Made by a program: the position numbers and the translations under genes
Notes under the pieces: model-generated
Told to the model about the DNA's origin: nothing
Databases searched by the model: none
The model's input: only the letters and a program-made list of their open reading frames with translations
In this document: positions 1-12,447 of the stretch, in pieces
Numbering within the stretch: the first letter of the stretch is position 1
Layout of the letters: every line of letters begins with the position of its first letter
Source of the DNA: the human T2T-CHM13v2.0 reference genome, Homo sapiens
Assembly (NCBI RefSeq): GCF_009914755.1
Contig: NC_060928.1
Strand: one strand, 5' to 3'
DNA: 64,000 bases

Positions 1-345
1 GTGGAAATATTTCAAATTGAAGGAGACTAAAAGATACAATAACTAAGTTTAATACTTGATCTTGGATTGGACCAAGTAAACTGATGTAGAAAAAAAACAC
101 TATAAGCAAGGTATTGTATAAATTGGAATATGGACAATAAATTACACAGAAATATAATATTAATATTAAAATTGCTGAAGTTAATAAATGTATATGATTA
201 TGCTAGTGATCATTCTTATTCTTAGGTATACACTTTGAAATATTTGAGGAATAAAATGCTATGATATATGCAGCTTAATCTCAAATGGTCCAGAAAAGTA
301 TTGCAGATAGATATTGAAAAAACAGATACAAATATTCATAAACAT
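1..345 (+). mobile_element. Old L1M (L1MC/L1ME-type) 3' UTR fragment, continuing after the MLT2 at ~820-905
   Basis: 'gagactaaaagatacaataactaa...gatcttggattgga' and 'gcttaatctcaaatggtccagaaaa' resemble L1MC/ME 3' ends. Confidence 0.55.
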
Positions 346-358
346 TGTGTAAAGTGTT

Positions 359-820
359 TTGATGGTTAATATTATATGTCAGCCTGCTTAGTGTATGGTG
401 ACTGTGTGGTGAAAGACTAGCAGCACAGATGTTGCTCTGAAAGTCTTTTGTTACTGTGATTAACATTTCAATCAGTAGAAATTAAACTAAAGCAGATTAT
501 CCTCCATAAAGTGGGTGAGCTTTAATAAATTAATTAAAAGCCTTAAGGGCAAAGATCAAGACTTCTTGAAGTTAAAAAAAATCTGAGTCAAGATTGAAAC
601 ATAAGAACTCTGCCTCAGTTTCCAGCCTGCTGGCCTTCCTTGTGGATTTCAGAGTTGCTAACCTCTACAATTGTGTGAGCCAGTTCCTTAGAATAAGTAC
701 CACTTTCTCTCTCTCTCTCTTTCTCTCACTCTTACTCTGTCTCTCACTTGTAGCTCATCTCTGTTTGCATATATATACATGCACATTCATTCTGGTTCTC
801 TAAAAATCCCTAATATAATA
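359..820 (+). mobile_element. MLT2 (ERVL) LTR, MLT2D-like
   Basis: Starts 'tgatggttaatattatatgtcagc', has 'aacatttcaatcagtaga...aaagcagattatcctccataaagtgggtgagc' and 'acaattgtgtgagccagttcctta', ends 'ctggttctctaaaaatccctaatataata'. Confidence 0.7.
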
Positions 821-1089
821 GTATGTATATTTACTATATACTATTATTATCCTTGAAACTTTTCTGTATGTTTGAAGATATTTCCATACAAATATTTTTA
901 AATAATATAACTGTTGCATTTTAAACAATCACATTTACATATTAGCTTGTTCAAATCTATTTATATGTCTATATGTGTATGTATGCATACATGTTTGCAT
1001 GTATATATATTCACATATTATATACATGCACGCACTATATATATATTTTGTCATGCTGAAATAAATATTTTCTCTGTGTTTTAAATTTA

Positions 1090-1378
1090 ATTTTTATTTT
1101 TTAACTTTTATTTTAATTTCAGGGGTATATGTGCAGGTTTGTTATATAGGTAAACTTATGTCATGAGTTTGTTGTACAGATTATTCATCATCCAGGTACG
1201 AAGGCTAATATTTATTAGTTGTTTTTCCTGGTCCTCTTTCTCCTCCCACCCTCCACCCTCTGATAGGCCTCAGTGTGTATTGTTCCCCTGTATGTGTCCG
1301 TGTGTTCTCATAATTTAGTTTCCACTTATAAGTGAGAACATGAGGTATTTGGTTTTCTGTTCCTGCATTAGTTTGCTG
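1090..1378 (-). mobile_element. L1PA (old primate, ~PA13-16) 3' end, 5'-truncated
   Basis: Poly(T) then 'ggggtatatgtgcaggtttgttatataggtaaac...ccacttataagtgagaacatgaggtatttggttttctgttcctgcattagtttgct'. Confidence 0.85.
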
Positions 1379-4040
1379 TGTTCTTAGCATTTTGATAGTC
1401 GCATGGAAGAAAATGCAAATGAGTTCTGAAATGCAAAAAAAAGTATTTGTAGGCAAACTAGATCAGGAAAGTGATCAAAGAGAATGTTTCTTTAAATATT
1501 CAAAAATCTATAAATAAACTTAAAATTATTGAAAGCCTTTAATTAACAGATTCCTATAGTACATCAGTGAGAAACGAGTTTTCAGTAAGATCATTTTATC
1601 TATCTTTTTATCTATCTATCTGTCTATATTTTTCAATCTATCTTTACTACTTTCCATATGTAGTAAAGGGTACTCTATAAACAAACAAGCCAGTGTGAAC
1701 TCTAACATAGAAATTTATACTTTTAGACAGAAAGGTTTTTCATTTAAAATTTAAAGGTAAATTCTACAGCTTACCAATTAAATACCTGTAGCATATTTTA
1801 ACACTCTTGGACTCCTATACACAACTATTTTTAACAACTTTGCCTGCTTAACATAATGGTTCTATTTTTTCTTCTCTAGGAATCTAGTTTGTTCCCAAGT
1901 TACCATATCTCAGAGGCATATAATGCTGTCCAATTCTCTTGAAAACAAAAATGTAAGTAGTTATAGCTCTTGGCAATTTATTGTACCAGTAATTACTCAT
2001 CTTCTTATCTTTCCAGCTTGTATTTTTTTTTAAACAACACACACTTAGTCAAAGACTCCATCAATTCATCCACTATCAGATCCGAAACACCATTCTTGTG
2101 TGTGAAGTTGTATTCATTCATTTTCCACCCTATTATCTAAATAAATAAAGGCTTCATAAATAAGGTTCATAATGCCTTATTAGGTATTTGGTTTGTTTTC
2201 AACTACTGGTAAAGCTATACATGAAAACAACAATAATAGCAGGCCAAATAATACAAATGCCATAACTGATGTCCAAGGGAAGTGGAAACACAGAAAAGAA
2301 AAAACAATTCAAGCTGAGTGATGAAGAAACGCTAAACGAATGAGTTGGCTTAAATTAAACAAGTGAAATATAACTAACGTATCTGGATGGAAAGATAAAT
2401 TTCTTAGTTTATAAATGTATTTTGTCTGATTGCTTTATTTACACTATCTCCTAATTAACTCCCCGTGTTAACTTGGGGCAACCCCTGTTCAATTAGTGAA
2501 CTGTTTTATAAATTAATAGTTTTAATGTGGCCATTTGAATTTTATATATATAATATATATATGGATGTTATATATTGATATACACATATATTCATATTTA
2601 AATAATTTCAAACCATATAATTATATATATAACACATATATTTTTAAAAAACAAGACTGTGTTTGTTACCAGATTCCTTGGTACATCACACAATATTCAA
2701 TAGCATGTAATTCAGGATTTTAGTAAATGACAGTACTGTCTGTGATCAATATTTGCCAGTATTAATTGGAGCAATGTATAGAATTCATGAAGATGAATAA
2801 TTGATATCTGATATTTTCTTGAGGAAAAGTTCCTAGGAAACTTTTACAAAAGAAGAATATATCAATGTTCTTAAAGTTGAATATGACTCATGGTACAGAC
2901 ATGTGAAGGATGAGACATGACAACACAGACATATCCAGCATGCATCATTTTCTGTGCATTATCTAATGTTTGCCTCAGAGAAGAGATCCATGATAATTAA
3001 TTCTTATTTTTATTCTATATTAAGATTGCAAAATAAATAAATGTATTTTTAAACCTGGATTTAGAACACCTTGTTCAAATGCTTTGATCAATGGATAAAC
3101 CAAAAACCTGAGAAATAAAGGCATGTGACTAAAGACCTTTAATGGTAGAGCAAGCCCCTGGTCCTGTGATTTTTGGTTGGCATGCTTTTTATCTCCATTG
3201 CATTCCTAGAAATACCTTTAACTCAAGAACAATTTAATAAAAAGGGGATTCTTCCATATCAGTAATGAAACAAAAGTTTTCTAAGGTAGACTTTTCCCGG
3301 TGTTTTCATCTACATAAGGTGGCATGCTTGTTTTCTGATTACTCCCATGATCCCAATGCCTTGTCCATCCCTGGGGACAAATCAAAGAAGAAAAATAGAA
3401 GGTCATCTTTGGGTCACTGCTATTCAGTTTGCTGTGCCAAGCTGAAAACCAAGGCCATTAAATATGAAAATCCACTCATTGTCTCAGGCTTGATTGTATC
3501 CTGTCTTTCAGATCAGACTCACCATAGTCATAGCAACCCTAATAGGCGGATGTGCATTGGACCACATCATTTGCAGGGTGTCTTTAACTGAGAAAAGTTT
3601 TGTTGAAAATATGTGTGATTAATGCCTTCAACTATTATCTCTCATTGAACAGACATGAAAGGGGGCTACTTTGTGAGCCCAGATAAGCCTATTGCATGGC
3701 CATTAATGGCATATTCAGCCCTTGCTGAATTAATCTATTATTGCCTCTTGTCTTTGGTAACCATAACATGTTGTTGGAAGGCTGTGCAAAATTTGAGTAA
3801 CTGAACCACAGCTCCAGTAATCCTTTAGACCTGGGTGTAAGAGAAGAGTGAAAAGCTGTTTAGTGACTAATTGAGTGTGCTGTGCTGTTTCATTAGTATT
3901 AAGCAGTGGTTCTTTATTTTAATCTGTTTATATCAGAGTGATATATCACCTTAACATCATCAGTTACTCAGCAAGCTTCACACAGTTCCTCTATCCACAA
4001 ATATAACTAAAATAAAAGATCAATAGAAAGGCTTAAATCT

Positions 4041-4087
4041 TGTGTATGTGTGTGTGTTTGCGTGTGTGTGTTTGTGTGTGTGTGTGT

Positions 4088-4122
<35 letters not shown>
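4041..4122. repeat. Compound (TG)n(AG)n microsatellite
   Basis: Directly visible. Confidence 0.95.
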
Positions 4123-4125
<3 letters not shown>

Positions 4126-5249
4126 CAGAGAAACAGAGAGAGACATAGCATTCAAAGCATAAACAACCAAAACTTTATCAGAAATATGAAGCTGACATTA
4201 GGTCAACGTTTATATAAATCATGTAGAATATGGCTCATGGGCAATACAGATACTGAAGAGCAAATCTTGATCTATTGTCCTGCATCAATTCAGGTAGAGT
4301 GAACACATTGGCAAGATTGAACATGGAAAAATTTGGGTTATGATTAGGTGGGCAGAGAGATTTTTACCTTTTCAAGACTGAAAAGGTAACTGTGTCTAAA
4401 ACATATTATTTTGTATAAGTAAGAGCAAATTCTACTTTGCAAATCAATCAGTTATTTGAAGAAGGTATTACATAACAAATGGCATTTATGATAATTTGAC
4501 CTGTGTTGAGCAATAGGAAATGTAGAAAATTTAATTGTAGCAAGTTAAAATTGCAAAGGAAATAAAATGATTTTAAATAAATTTTAACGCAATATTTTTA
4601 TGTCAAATATGATCTTTTATAATTTATTAACCTGTAATTGGCTACCCATTTATAAAATAATATAATGAAATCTGCACATCACATATTATACCTATGTGAA
4701 AATACATTCACAATGGCAAAAGGACATTTTATATATATATATATTAAAAAATACATATTTATGTTATACATATGTATGTATATAACTAAACTATTAAGAT
4801 ATGAGATGAGAATAAATACAGTTTTAAAAATAACCTTGTAATGAAAGATGTAGCATGAGTTTCACAATTCTGAAGTAAAGTATTTCTAGATTTAACTGTA
4901 AATTTTTAAGTTTCTATAGAGTAAAAATGTTATATAAACAAAGTTAACAAGAAATGAAAGGCTGAATGAAATTCTTATTATAGAGAATTTCATGACAATA
5001 CAAATAATCCTCTAACATTAAACAAAAAGAGCACTTAATTGAAATAACACAAGTGTAAATAGTTATCCATAAAAATCAAGTATCTATGTAACTTTGCCAC
5101 AAGGCACAAACGTCTTGTGTAGTGCTTGATCAGAAAATAAGCAAAGAAATGGAAAATGAAATAAGACTATTTCAACCCTAAAATACTGGCTTTTTTTCAA
5201 TTTTATTATATTCGTTATCAAATATGGTATGAGATTAAGAGCACTTTTA

Positions 5250-5760
5250 TATACTCCTTGTGCCAATTAAATTGACACAGGCATTGTAGGAGCATATTTG
5301 AGCATCTGTGACAGACTTAAGATGAGTATTTCCACTAATGTATAAATTTGGCATAAGAAACCTGTTTCATAGAAACACAACTATATACATATATATATTT
5401 ACATATCCTTTTAAAATTACATACAAATATGTTCATAGAAATATTGTTCATAATTATGACCAGTTGGAAAGATCTAAAGCTCTACCAATAAAGAACAAAT
5501 TACATCATAGAAGACTATATCCTTTAGAAAACTAGGCAGCCATGTAAAAAAAAGATGCATTAAAAAACACTCTCTAAGCCATATTATGAAGTAAAAAAAA
5601 AGAAAAGAAATATAAGAATTCATAGACAAATATGTATATTGCAATTCAATTTCTGTAAAAATATCAGAAAAATAGAATCTTTGTGTATGTGCATACATAT
5701 ACATAGAATCTGAAAAATTGTCAACCAAATTAAGAATAGATTCACGTGTGTATATATTTT
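5250..5760 (+). mobile_element. Degraded L1ME-type 3' fragment
   Basis: 'catacaaatatgttcatagaaatattgttcataat...ggaaagatctaaagctctaccaata' resembles the L1M 3' region. Confidence 0.45.
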
Positions 5761-5914
5761 AAAATTCATTATATCCCGGGTGCATTCAATACTACTTAAG
5801 AAGAAGAATAAAATGTAAATGATATATACACATACAAAAAATCTTAAAATGACTCAAACATTGTCAAAAGCTTGCATCTAGTTAGATATAATTACTATCA
5901 TCATCTGAGAAAAT

Positions 5915-6090
5915 ACTGTTTTTAGCACTATATAAAGACTGTTGATATAACTCATTTAATTCCTGTAGGACCTCGATTTTTCTCACATGCATAGATATTA
6001 CATAACCTGTTCAAGTCATACAATTAATAAATGACAGATCTCAAATTCGATTCCATGTTTCACTGATTACAAATACAGTGCCTTTTGAAA
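5915..6090 (-). mobile_element. MIR fragment
   Basis: 'aactcatttaattcct...ataacctgttcaagtcatacaattaataaatgacagatctcaaattcga'. Confidence 0.55.
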
Positions 6091-6369
6091 TACAACAACA
6101 ATATCACATCTTGCTTATAGAGGGAAGTTGCTTAGAAATGCTTATAAATTGATCACTTTAAAATATTTTATCTATGTCACAAAAATAAAATATTGTTGAA
6201 TGATTACAATCTCTTAAAATAAAATCATCAATTTAACAAACAAAATCAGTGATATGTCCAGTTGCATTACTTATGTAATGGAAAGAAGACTACTCTTATA
6301 TATTTGTAAGTATTGTGTTCAAAGGGCAATTGTACAGAAAAGTTTTACTGCATGCTCTTTTTCACCCTG

Positions 6370-7070
6370 GATACTTTTTCTTCCAAATCCATCCAATTAT
6401 TTCTCCACATTGTAGTCAGCACTATCCTTCATAAATGAACATTTGATCATATTATTCTTTGCATAAACCTTTTCAATGTCTTACATGTGTCTTTAAATTA
6501 AATCTAAACCCTTTAACACAGATTGCCACAGGATAGCATAGCATTTTGGGTAAGCATCCAAACTCTAAAAAAAGCCTGCGTTCAAATCCTGAGTCGGGAT
6601 TATCATTCATTTTTAAACTTGGAAAGATATCTTATTTCTTTTTGCCTCAATTATCTTATCTTTAATATAGGTCTGATAAAATGCCTAATAGATAATAAAA
6701 ATTAAATCTAAAAATCCATGAGGAACTTAAATTGTGTACACATAATTTAGCGCTGATGTTTATTTTTACAAGACACTAGTCAGACTGATGTGCACATTTC
6801 TTTGCCCAAAATACTGTACATCTTTGTCTCTGAATCTTTGCACACGTCATTCTGTTGGTTGAAACGTACTTACCTTCCTTGCCTGTCTGACGGCTGTTAT
6901 CCCTGTGGTCTCAGCTTAGATACTGCTTCTATCAGGAATACTAACTTGAAGAACCAAGCCAGTGCCAGATACACCTATTCAAATATTTCAGAGTTTCCTT
7001 TACTTCTCCAATCATAGTCCTGATCTCACTGTAATAATGGAATTAATTTTTTTTATCCTTCACCTGAACT
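6370..7070 (+). mobile_element. L2 3' fragment interrupted by a MIR
   Basis: 'ttctccacattgtagtcag...tttgatcatattattcttt...aaacctttt caatg...aaatctaaaccctttaaca' resumes at '..tctttgcacacgtcattc..'. Confidence 0.5.
6535..6760 (+). mobile_element. MIR
   Basis: 'gcctgcgttcaaatcctg...ttggaaagatatcttatttcttttgcctcaattatcttatcttt' MIR core. Confidence 0.65.
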
Positions 7071-7074
7071 TAAT

Positions 7075-7280
7075 ACCATAAAGCACTCACTTTGGAGTTA
7101 AACAAATTAGCTCTGGTTCTTTCTTACTCTTTAAACTCAGCCACAAAACCTTTCTGATGCACAGTTTACCTAAACTATAAAATAAAGTCCATATACCTTA
7201 TTTTCAGAAATTAGTAATGTAATGTAGATGCCTTACCTTAGCATAGATTATCAACAAGAGGAAATCTGCAGTAAATGATA
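7075..7280 (+). mobile_element. MIR fragment
   Basis: 'cactttggagttaaacaa...cagtttacctaaactataaaat...cttagcatag...agtaaatgata'. Confidence 0.45.
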
Positions 7281-8480
7281 TTTCAAAGTGTTATTCCTCT
7301 GCTTAAACTGGTGCCAGGTACAGAAGAGCCACTCTAAAAATTTGGGTGAATAGTGCAATAATTGTCCTCAGTAGTGTAAAAATGTTGCTATTCCTGTATA
7401 AATAAAAATAACAGCCCTCTCCCTTCATGTCAACCTAACCAAGACATATTTTCTAAAATGCTGTAATACCTATGCCTTTTACAAAGTCAGGAAAAGCCAA
7501 TAAGATAATACAAAACAGCAATTGTGACTACTTAATTGTCAGAAATTAATAATATTGTCATAATGATCAAGATACTGAATAGATATTCTTATATATTATT
7601 GGTGATAATAGAAAATGATACTGCCATAATGAGGCAATAGATATCCAAATTTTAAAAATGTATATACCCTTTGTTTTATATTCCACTCCCAAAACCTTAT
7701 GTAAAAGAGATAAATTAATACACAAACTATCACAATGATTTCAATGCATCATCATCTATAAGAGAGAAAAATTCATAGCTCCTTAATTTGAGTGTGTGCT
7801 CAATTAATTACGATAAATAAAACTATGGACTGTGTATAGTTTTTATATGGTTTGAGTAGAGTTCCATAAATAACATGAAAAAATAATGGGTTGCTAATTA
7901 AAATATGTAATCTTATGCTATCAGAATATGTACATGAACGTATGTGTCAGTGTGTGTGTACATATTTTAAAATTGGTTAGTATGTTCAATAATGATGGAA
8001 CTGACTGCATCAGACAGATCCTCCTGCATATATCAACTATAACTTGAACTATGTATTTTTAAAAAATTTAAGGCAGAGAATAGATAAGATTTACCCTTTA
8101 TGGAAGAGAACCACACTGTGTCAGCTTTACATACTTTTCCCCCTAAAGGCTCTCTTTAATTTGCACAGCATGGCCAAACTCTAGCAGAAAAGCATAGTTT
8201 CATTGGCTGGAGTGTCAGAAAACAGTCTGGGGCTACCATAATGGTTGGAAATTTAGGAAGAGAATACCAAAAATTAGTGAGTTACACGTGGTAGAAGCTC
8301 ACCACCTGTGTACATACAAAATCTAGTCAAAGCCCCAGCTGTTCCTTAATCAACACTTGAGAAGGACACACTCCAAGGAACATGGACTTAAAAACAGTGG
8401 CAGGGCACTATTCAAAATAGTAAAGACGTAGAATAAACCTAAATGCCCACTGACAATAGACTAAAGAAAATGTAGTACAT

Positions 8481-8876
8481 GCCCAGGTGCAGTGGCTCAT
8501 GCCTGTAATCCCAAACATGTCAACTAACTCCTGAGCTCAAGTGATGCACCTGCCAAGGCAAGTGTTTATTCCCAGCACTTGCGAAGTCAGGTGCATCACT
8601 TGAGCCCAGGAGTTAGAGACCATCCTGGACAACATGATGAAAACCATCTCTGCAAAGAATACAAAAATTAGCAGGGTGTGGTTGTATGTTCCTGTAGTCC
8701 CAGGTACCCAGGAGGCTCGGGTAGGAGGATTGCTTGAGCCCAGGAGGTTGAGGCTGCGGTGAGCTGTGGTTGTGCCACTGCACTCAAGCATGGGTGACAG
8801 AGTGTGACCCTGTCTCAAAAAAACAAAAAAAAAAGAAAGAAAGAAAAAAAAGAAAAGAAAAGAAAAAGCAAAGAAA
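8481..8876 (+). mobile_element. AluJ with an internal inverted duplication
   Basis: Dimeric Alu with J-type 'ttgagcccaggaggttgaggctgcggtgagc' and A-rich tail; extra inverted segment at 8514-8565. Confidence 0.9.
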
Positions 8877-8877
8877 G

Positions 8878-9009
8878 ATTGGGAGGCCAAGGCAGGCAGA
8901 TCACTTGAGGTCAGGAGTTCAAGAACAGCCTGGCCAACATGGTGAAACTCCATCTCTACGAAAAATACAAAAATTAGCCTGGTGTGGGGGTGGGCGCCTG
9001 TAATCCCAG
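8878..9009 (+). mobile_element. Partial AluS (left arm plus linker) abutting the tail of the previous Alu
   Basis: 'gggaggccaaggcaggcagatcacttgaggtcaggagttcaag...gcgcctgtaatcccag'. Confidence 0.9.
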
Positions 9010-9407
9010 ATAAAATAATCCCAGTAAGATGTCCATCCTCTGTTGCCTGAGCCATGCGTGAGTTGAGGGTTGCATTCAGAGGCACAGCAAAATTTAAACC
9101 TTCATCTGGCTGTAAATTTTGACCTGACCAGACTTTCTGGGATCTCCTTTGTACTTTCTTACCTCAGCGGTAAGCCAGGGGTGTGGGGTAGGTTAGTATA
9201 ACAGTGTTTCTATTATTCTCTCAATTTCCAAATCTCTGCATTAAATTTCTAGGTGCTTTGTCACCTTATCTTAACTATTTCATCACTTCTGAAGGTAAAA
9301 CTTTGGGTTTTGCCACCTGTCATGACCAGAATAAAAGTTCCACCAGGTAAGAAGATCACAAACTCACTCATCGTATACAATGCAGTGTAATTTTTTGTAA
9401 GTCGATA

Positions 9408-10045
9408 AAGTTAATCCTCATTATTTACAGATACTATATTTGCAAATTTGCCTACTGGCTAATGTGCATTTGTAATTGCAATAGCTGTACTCATGGGCTT
9501 TGGTGCTTATTCGCAGACATGCACAAAATGGTGAAAAATTTGAGTGGCACATGTTCCCAGATGAGATAGAAAAAGACAATGTTCTCCCTTGTTTAGTTCT
9601 CATACAATGAACGAGGGTCGTTTTTACAGTCTATTTACAGCCACATTTTTCACGTTTGTACTTTTTGTTGACGATTTTGCTGTTTAAATTGACCCTGAAG
9701 TGTAGTACTGAAATGCTGTCTGGGTTCCTCAGTACAAGAAGGCTGTGCTGTGCCTTACAGAGAAAACACGCATGTCAGACATGCCCATTCAGGCATGAGT
9801 AATAGTGCCGCCAGCCATAAGTTCAATATTAATGAATCAATGACATAGATTTAATAGGGCATCTTTAAAGAGAAACACCCATAAAAGAAGATTATTTATT
9901 GATCAGTTGATGAAAATACTGTAACTATAAGCTAGGGGGAATCTAACCATGAATTTCCCCCAAGAGCAATGATTCTGGGTTCACTAATTCAGTGTTCTCA
10001 GCAAAGTTATAGAATATAAGTACCACGAATAACAAATATCAACTA
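9408..10045 (+). mobile_element. MER82 (TcMar-Tigger non-autonomous DNA transposon)
   Basis: 'gttaatcctcattatttacagatactatatttgcaaatttgcctact...ccacgaataacaaatatcaacta'; degenerate TIRs with TA on both flanks. Confidence 0.8.
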
Positions 10046-10559
10046 TACTTCTCAAGCTGTTGTCCATCTTTGAATATTTTTCAGTGTTCTAAAATTGTTG
10101 TTTATGATAGTATGGCTAGTTATAGTATACTCTTTTTTTCTACAGTAGATTCCCTGAACTTCTCATGTTGTCATTTCTGAAAGTAGAGTATGCTGCTTAT
10201 CTTATATTATTTTTTCAATATTAATATATTTTTTGGATTTTACAGTTTATCTCATAGCTTCTTTTTGTTATATTATTAGCTATGAAAATTACATGAAAAG
10301 AATGATTTGAGAGACTCTGTGTTCTCAGTATTATGGCATTCATATACACGTTCTTTTTTTGTTCCTGCTACTTAAACAAAAGCCTAATATCTTTGGAATG
10401 ATTTCACGACAAAATATAAACTTTTCTACAAATTTAAAAATATAACTTACCTAAAGAAATTAAGTAGAACATATATTCAGAGTGTTACAAAATTAACAAA
10501 GTAAATCATTTTGTGTTCTACGGAAAATCTAATAGATTATTTTCAGTACTTCCGAGGCC

Positions 10560-12140
10560 ACCTGAATTCTCTTCTGTCAGGAACTTAATCCTTCCCCAAG
10601 AATTAACCACTATGTTGAGTTGTGATAATCATTAATCATTATTTTAATTTCTTTATTTTAGATTTATGTATAGATTCTGAAGCAATACTGTTTTTAGTTT
10701 TGCTTGGTTTTAAAATGTGTAAGAATGGACTCCTACCATACATACTTCTGTTCCATATGGTTTCTTTTGTCCAATATATTATTTATAAGATTCATCCGAA
10801 TTTTTGTGTATAGCTTTAGCTCACTCATTTTTATTGCCATATGATATTTCATTGTATGAATATATCATATATTTATTAAATCCATTCTACTGTAAATGAC
10901 CATTTGGATTGTTTGTATTGCCTGCCTGTGCCAAACTATGGTGTTATGAATGTCCTGTGACTTTTAGTGCATGCATTTGTCATTTTATGTAGGGTCTATG
11001 CATAGTGTTAGGATTTCTGGGTCAGAGGGTATACAAATTTTATAATTTAACAGATAATGTCAAAAATGTTCAAAAAAACATGCTCCAGGTCCTTGTTACC
11101 AATGGTTATTTTTTTCAGTAGTGGTATTTTTTGAGATTTTAATTTGCTTTTCCCTGATTACTAATTTGATTAAACATCTTTTCATATAATTATTTCACTT
11201 TTCTTTTTAAAAAAATTCATTTATACATTTTGGAAATTCCCCCCTCCCTCCATCAGTTTGGGTTATTTTTTTTAACTGCATGAAAATATCCTTTTCATAT
11301 TTTGGGCAACAGGGTTTTTGTTAGCTTTTTAAATGTTGAGTATTTTCTCCCATGTTGCGACTGGTATTTGTATTTTCTTCACGGTATCTTTTGATAAATA
11401 CAGTTTATATATTTTATTATATATATTATTTATTATGTTGATAAATACAATATTAACTTTTTTGTATTTTAACTCATTAGTCTTTTAATCTATTCTCATA
11501 GCTTTTTTTATTGTTTCCTAACATGCATTGAAGTAGGTTCTTGTAAATATTTCACTCTATTATATTCTACATAATAATATTCTGTCCATAGTTTTAGCTT
11601 TTCTTTATTTGGAATTGATATTTTAATGTAGCAGGAAGAGAGTTTATGATTTCATTCTATGTCACATTGATATCCCATTGCTCAACCATCATTTATTTAA
11701 AAGATTGTTTATTCTGTATTGATCATTCATTCCATGTTGGGCATACGTTGTTCCATACAACATATCAATATTTCTGCTAATTCTTTGCTCCACTTATATA
11801 GGTTATTTAATACACTTGAACCAATACAATATCATCTTAACAATTATTGTTTCAATATTGTCTTGTTATTTTCAGAGTAGATTTTTTTACCTGGTCATTT
11901 TATTTATGGGTGTCTCGTTATTTTCTCTTAATTGGCTCAATAGTATAATAATAAATAATAATCATTTCTGTATTTTAAGTAGAATTTTATTTAATCTATT
12001 GTCAGTCTTAGGAAATTTTTCCCTTTTAAAATATTGCATCTTCCAGTCTATGAACATGGTGTGTCTCCCCATTTATTCAAGTCTTTTTTTTCTCTTTAAG
12101 TTGTTATATTTTTCTCTGAAAAAAATCTTTCTGTACTTTG
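10560..12140 (-). mobile_element. Degraded L1ME-type 3'UTR/ORF2 remnant
   Basis: 'tttataagattcatcc...atttcattgtatgaatatatcata...catttggattgttt', 'ttaatttgcttttccctgattactaat', 'ctatgaacatggtgtgtctccccatttatt'. Confidence 0.7.
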
Positions 12141-12447
12141 AAGTTTACTCTTATGACCTCCATGCTCCATATCAGATTAGTGCACATTATTTTTTTCATG
12201 TATCTTCATGTTTTTATCTATATCTTATCAGTTTCTACTCTGAATTAAAATAATTTTTATAGATATTTGTTTTTCACACTAAATTTGTAGGCTACTCAAG
12301 AACAGGGAATACATTTCATCCATTTTTAAGCCTAACATAGTTTCTCACATTATATTCTCAGAAAACCTATGTTTATTACAATGTGACAGTCAGCATATAG
12401 AAATGGTTATGGTAATTACAGTAAAACTATTCAACATAGTGTTCTTT

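Noticed and set aside
3265-3591. 108-aa ORF with a possible acceptor (tctttcag at ~3503-3511)
   Set aside because: No homology I recognise and no matching donor or partner exons; treated as non-coding
8537-9085. 182-aa ORF and other antisense-Alu ORFs (15181, 18762, 38482, 50206, 50941, 60023, 62650)
   Set aside because: Typical Alu-derived translations (e.g. '[14 protein letters not shown]', 'SASQSAGIT')
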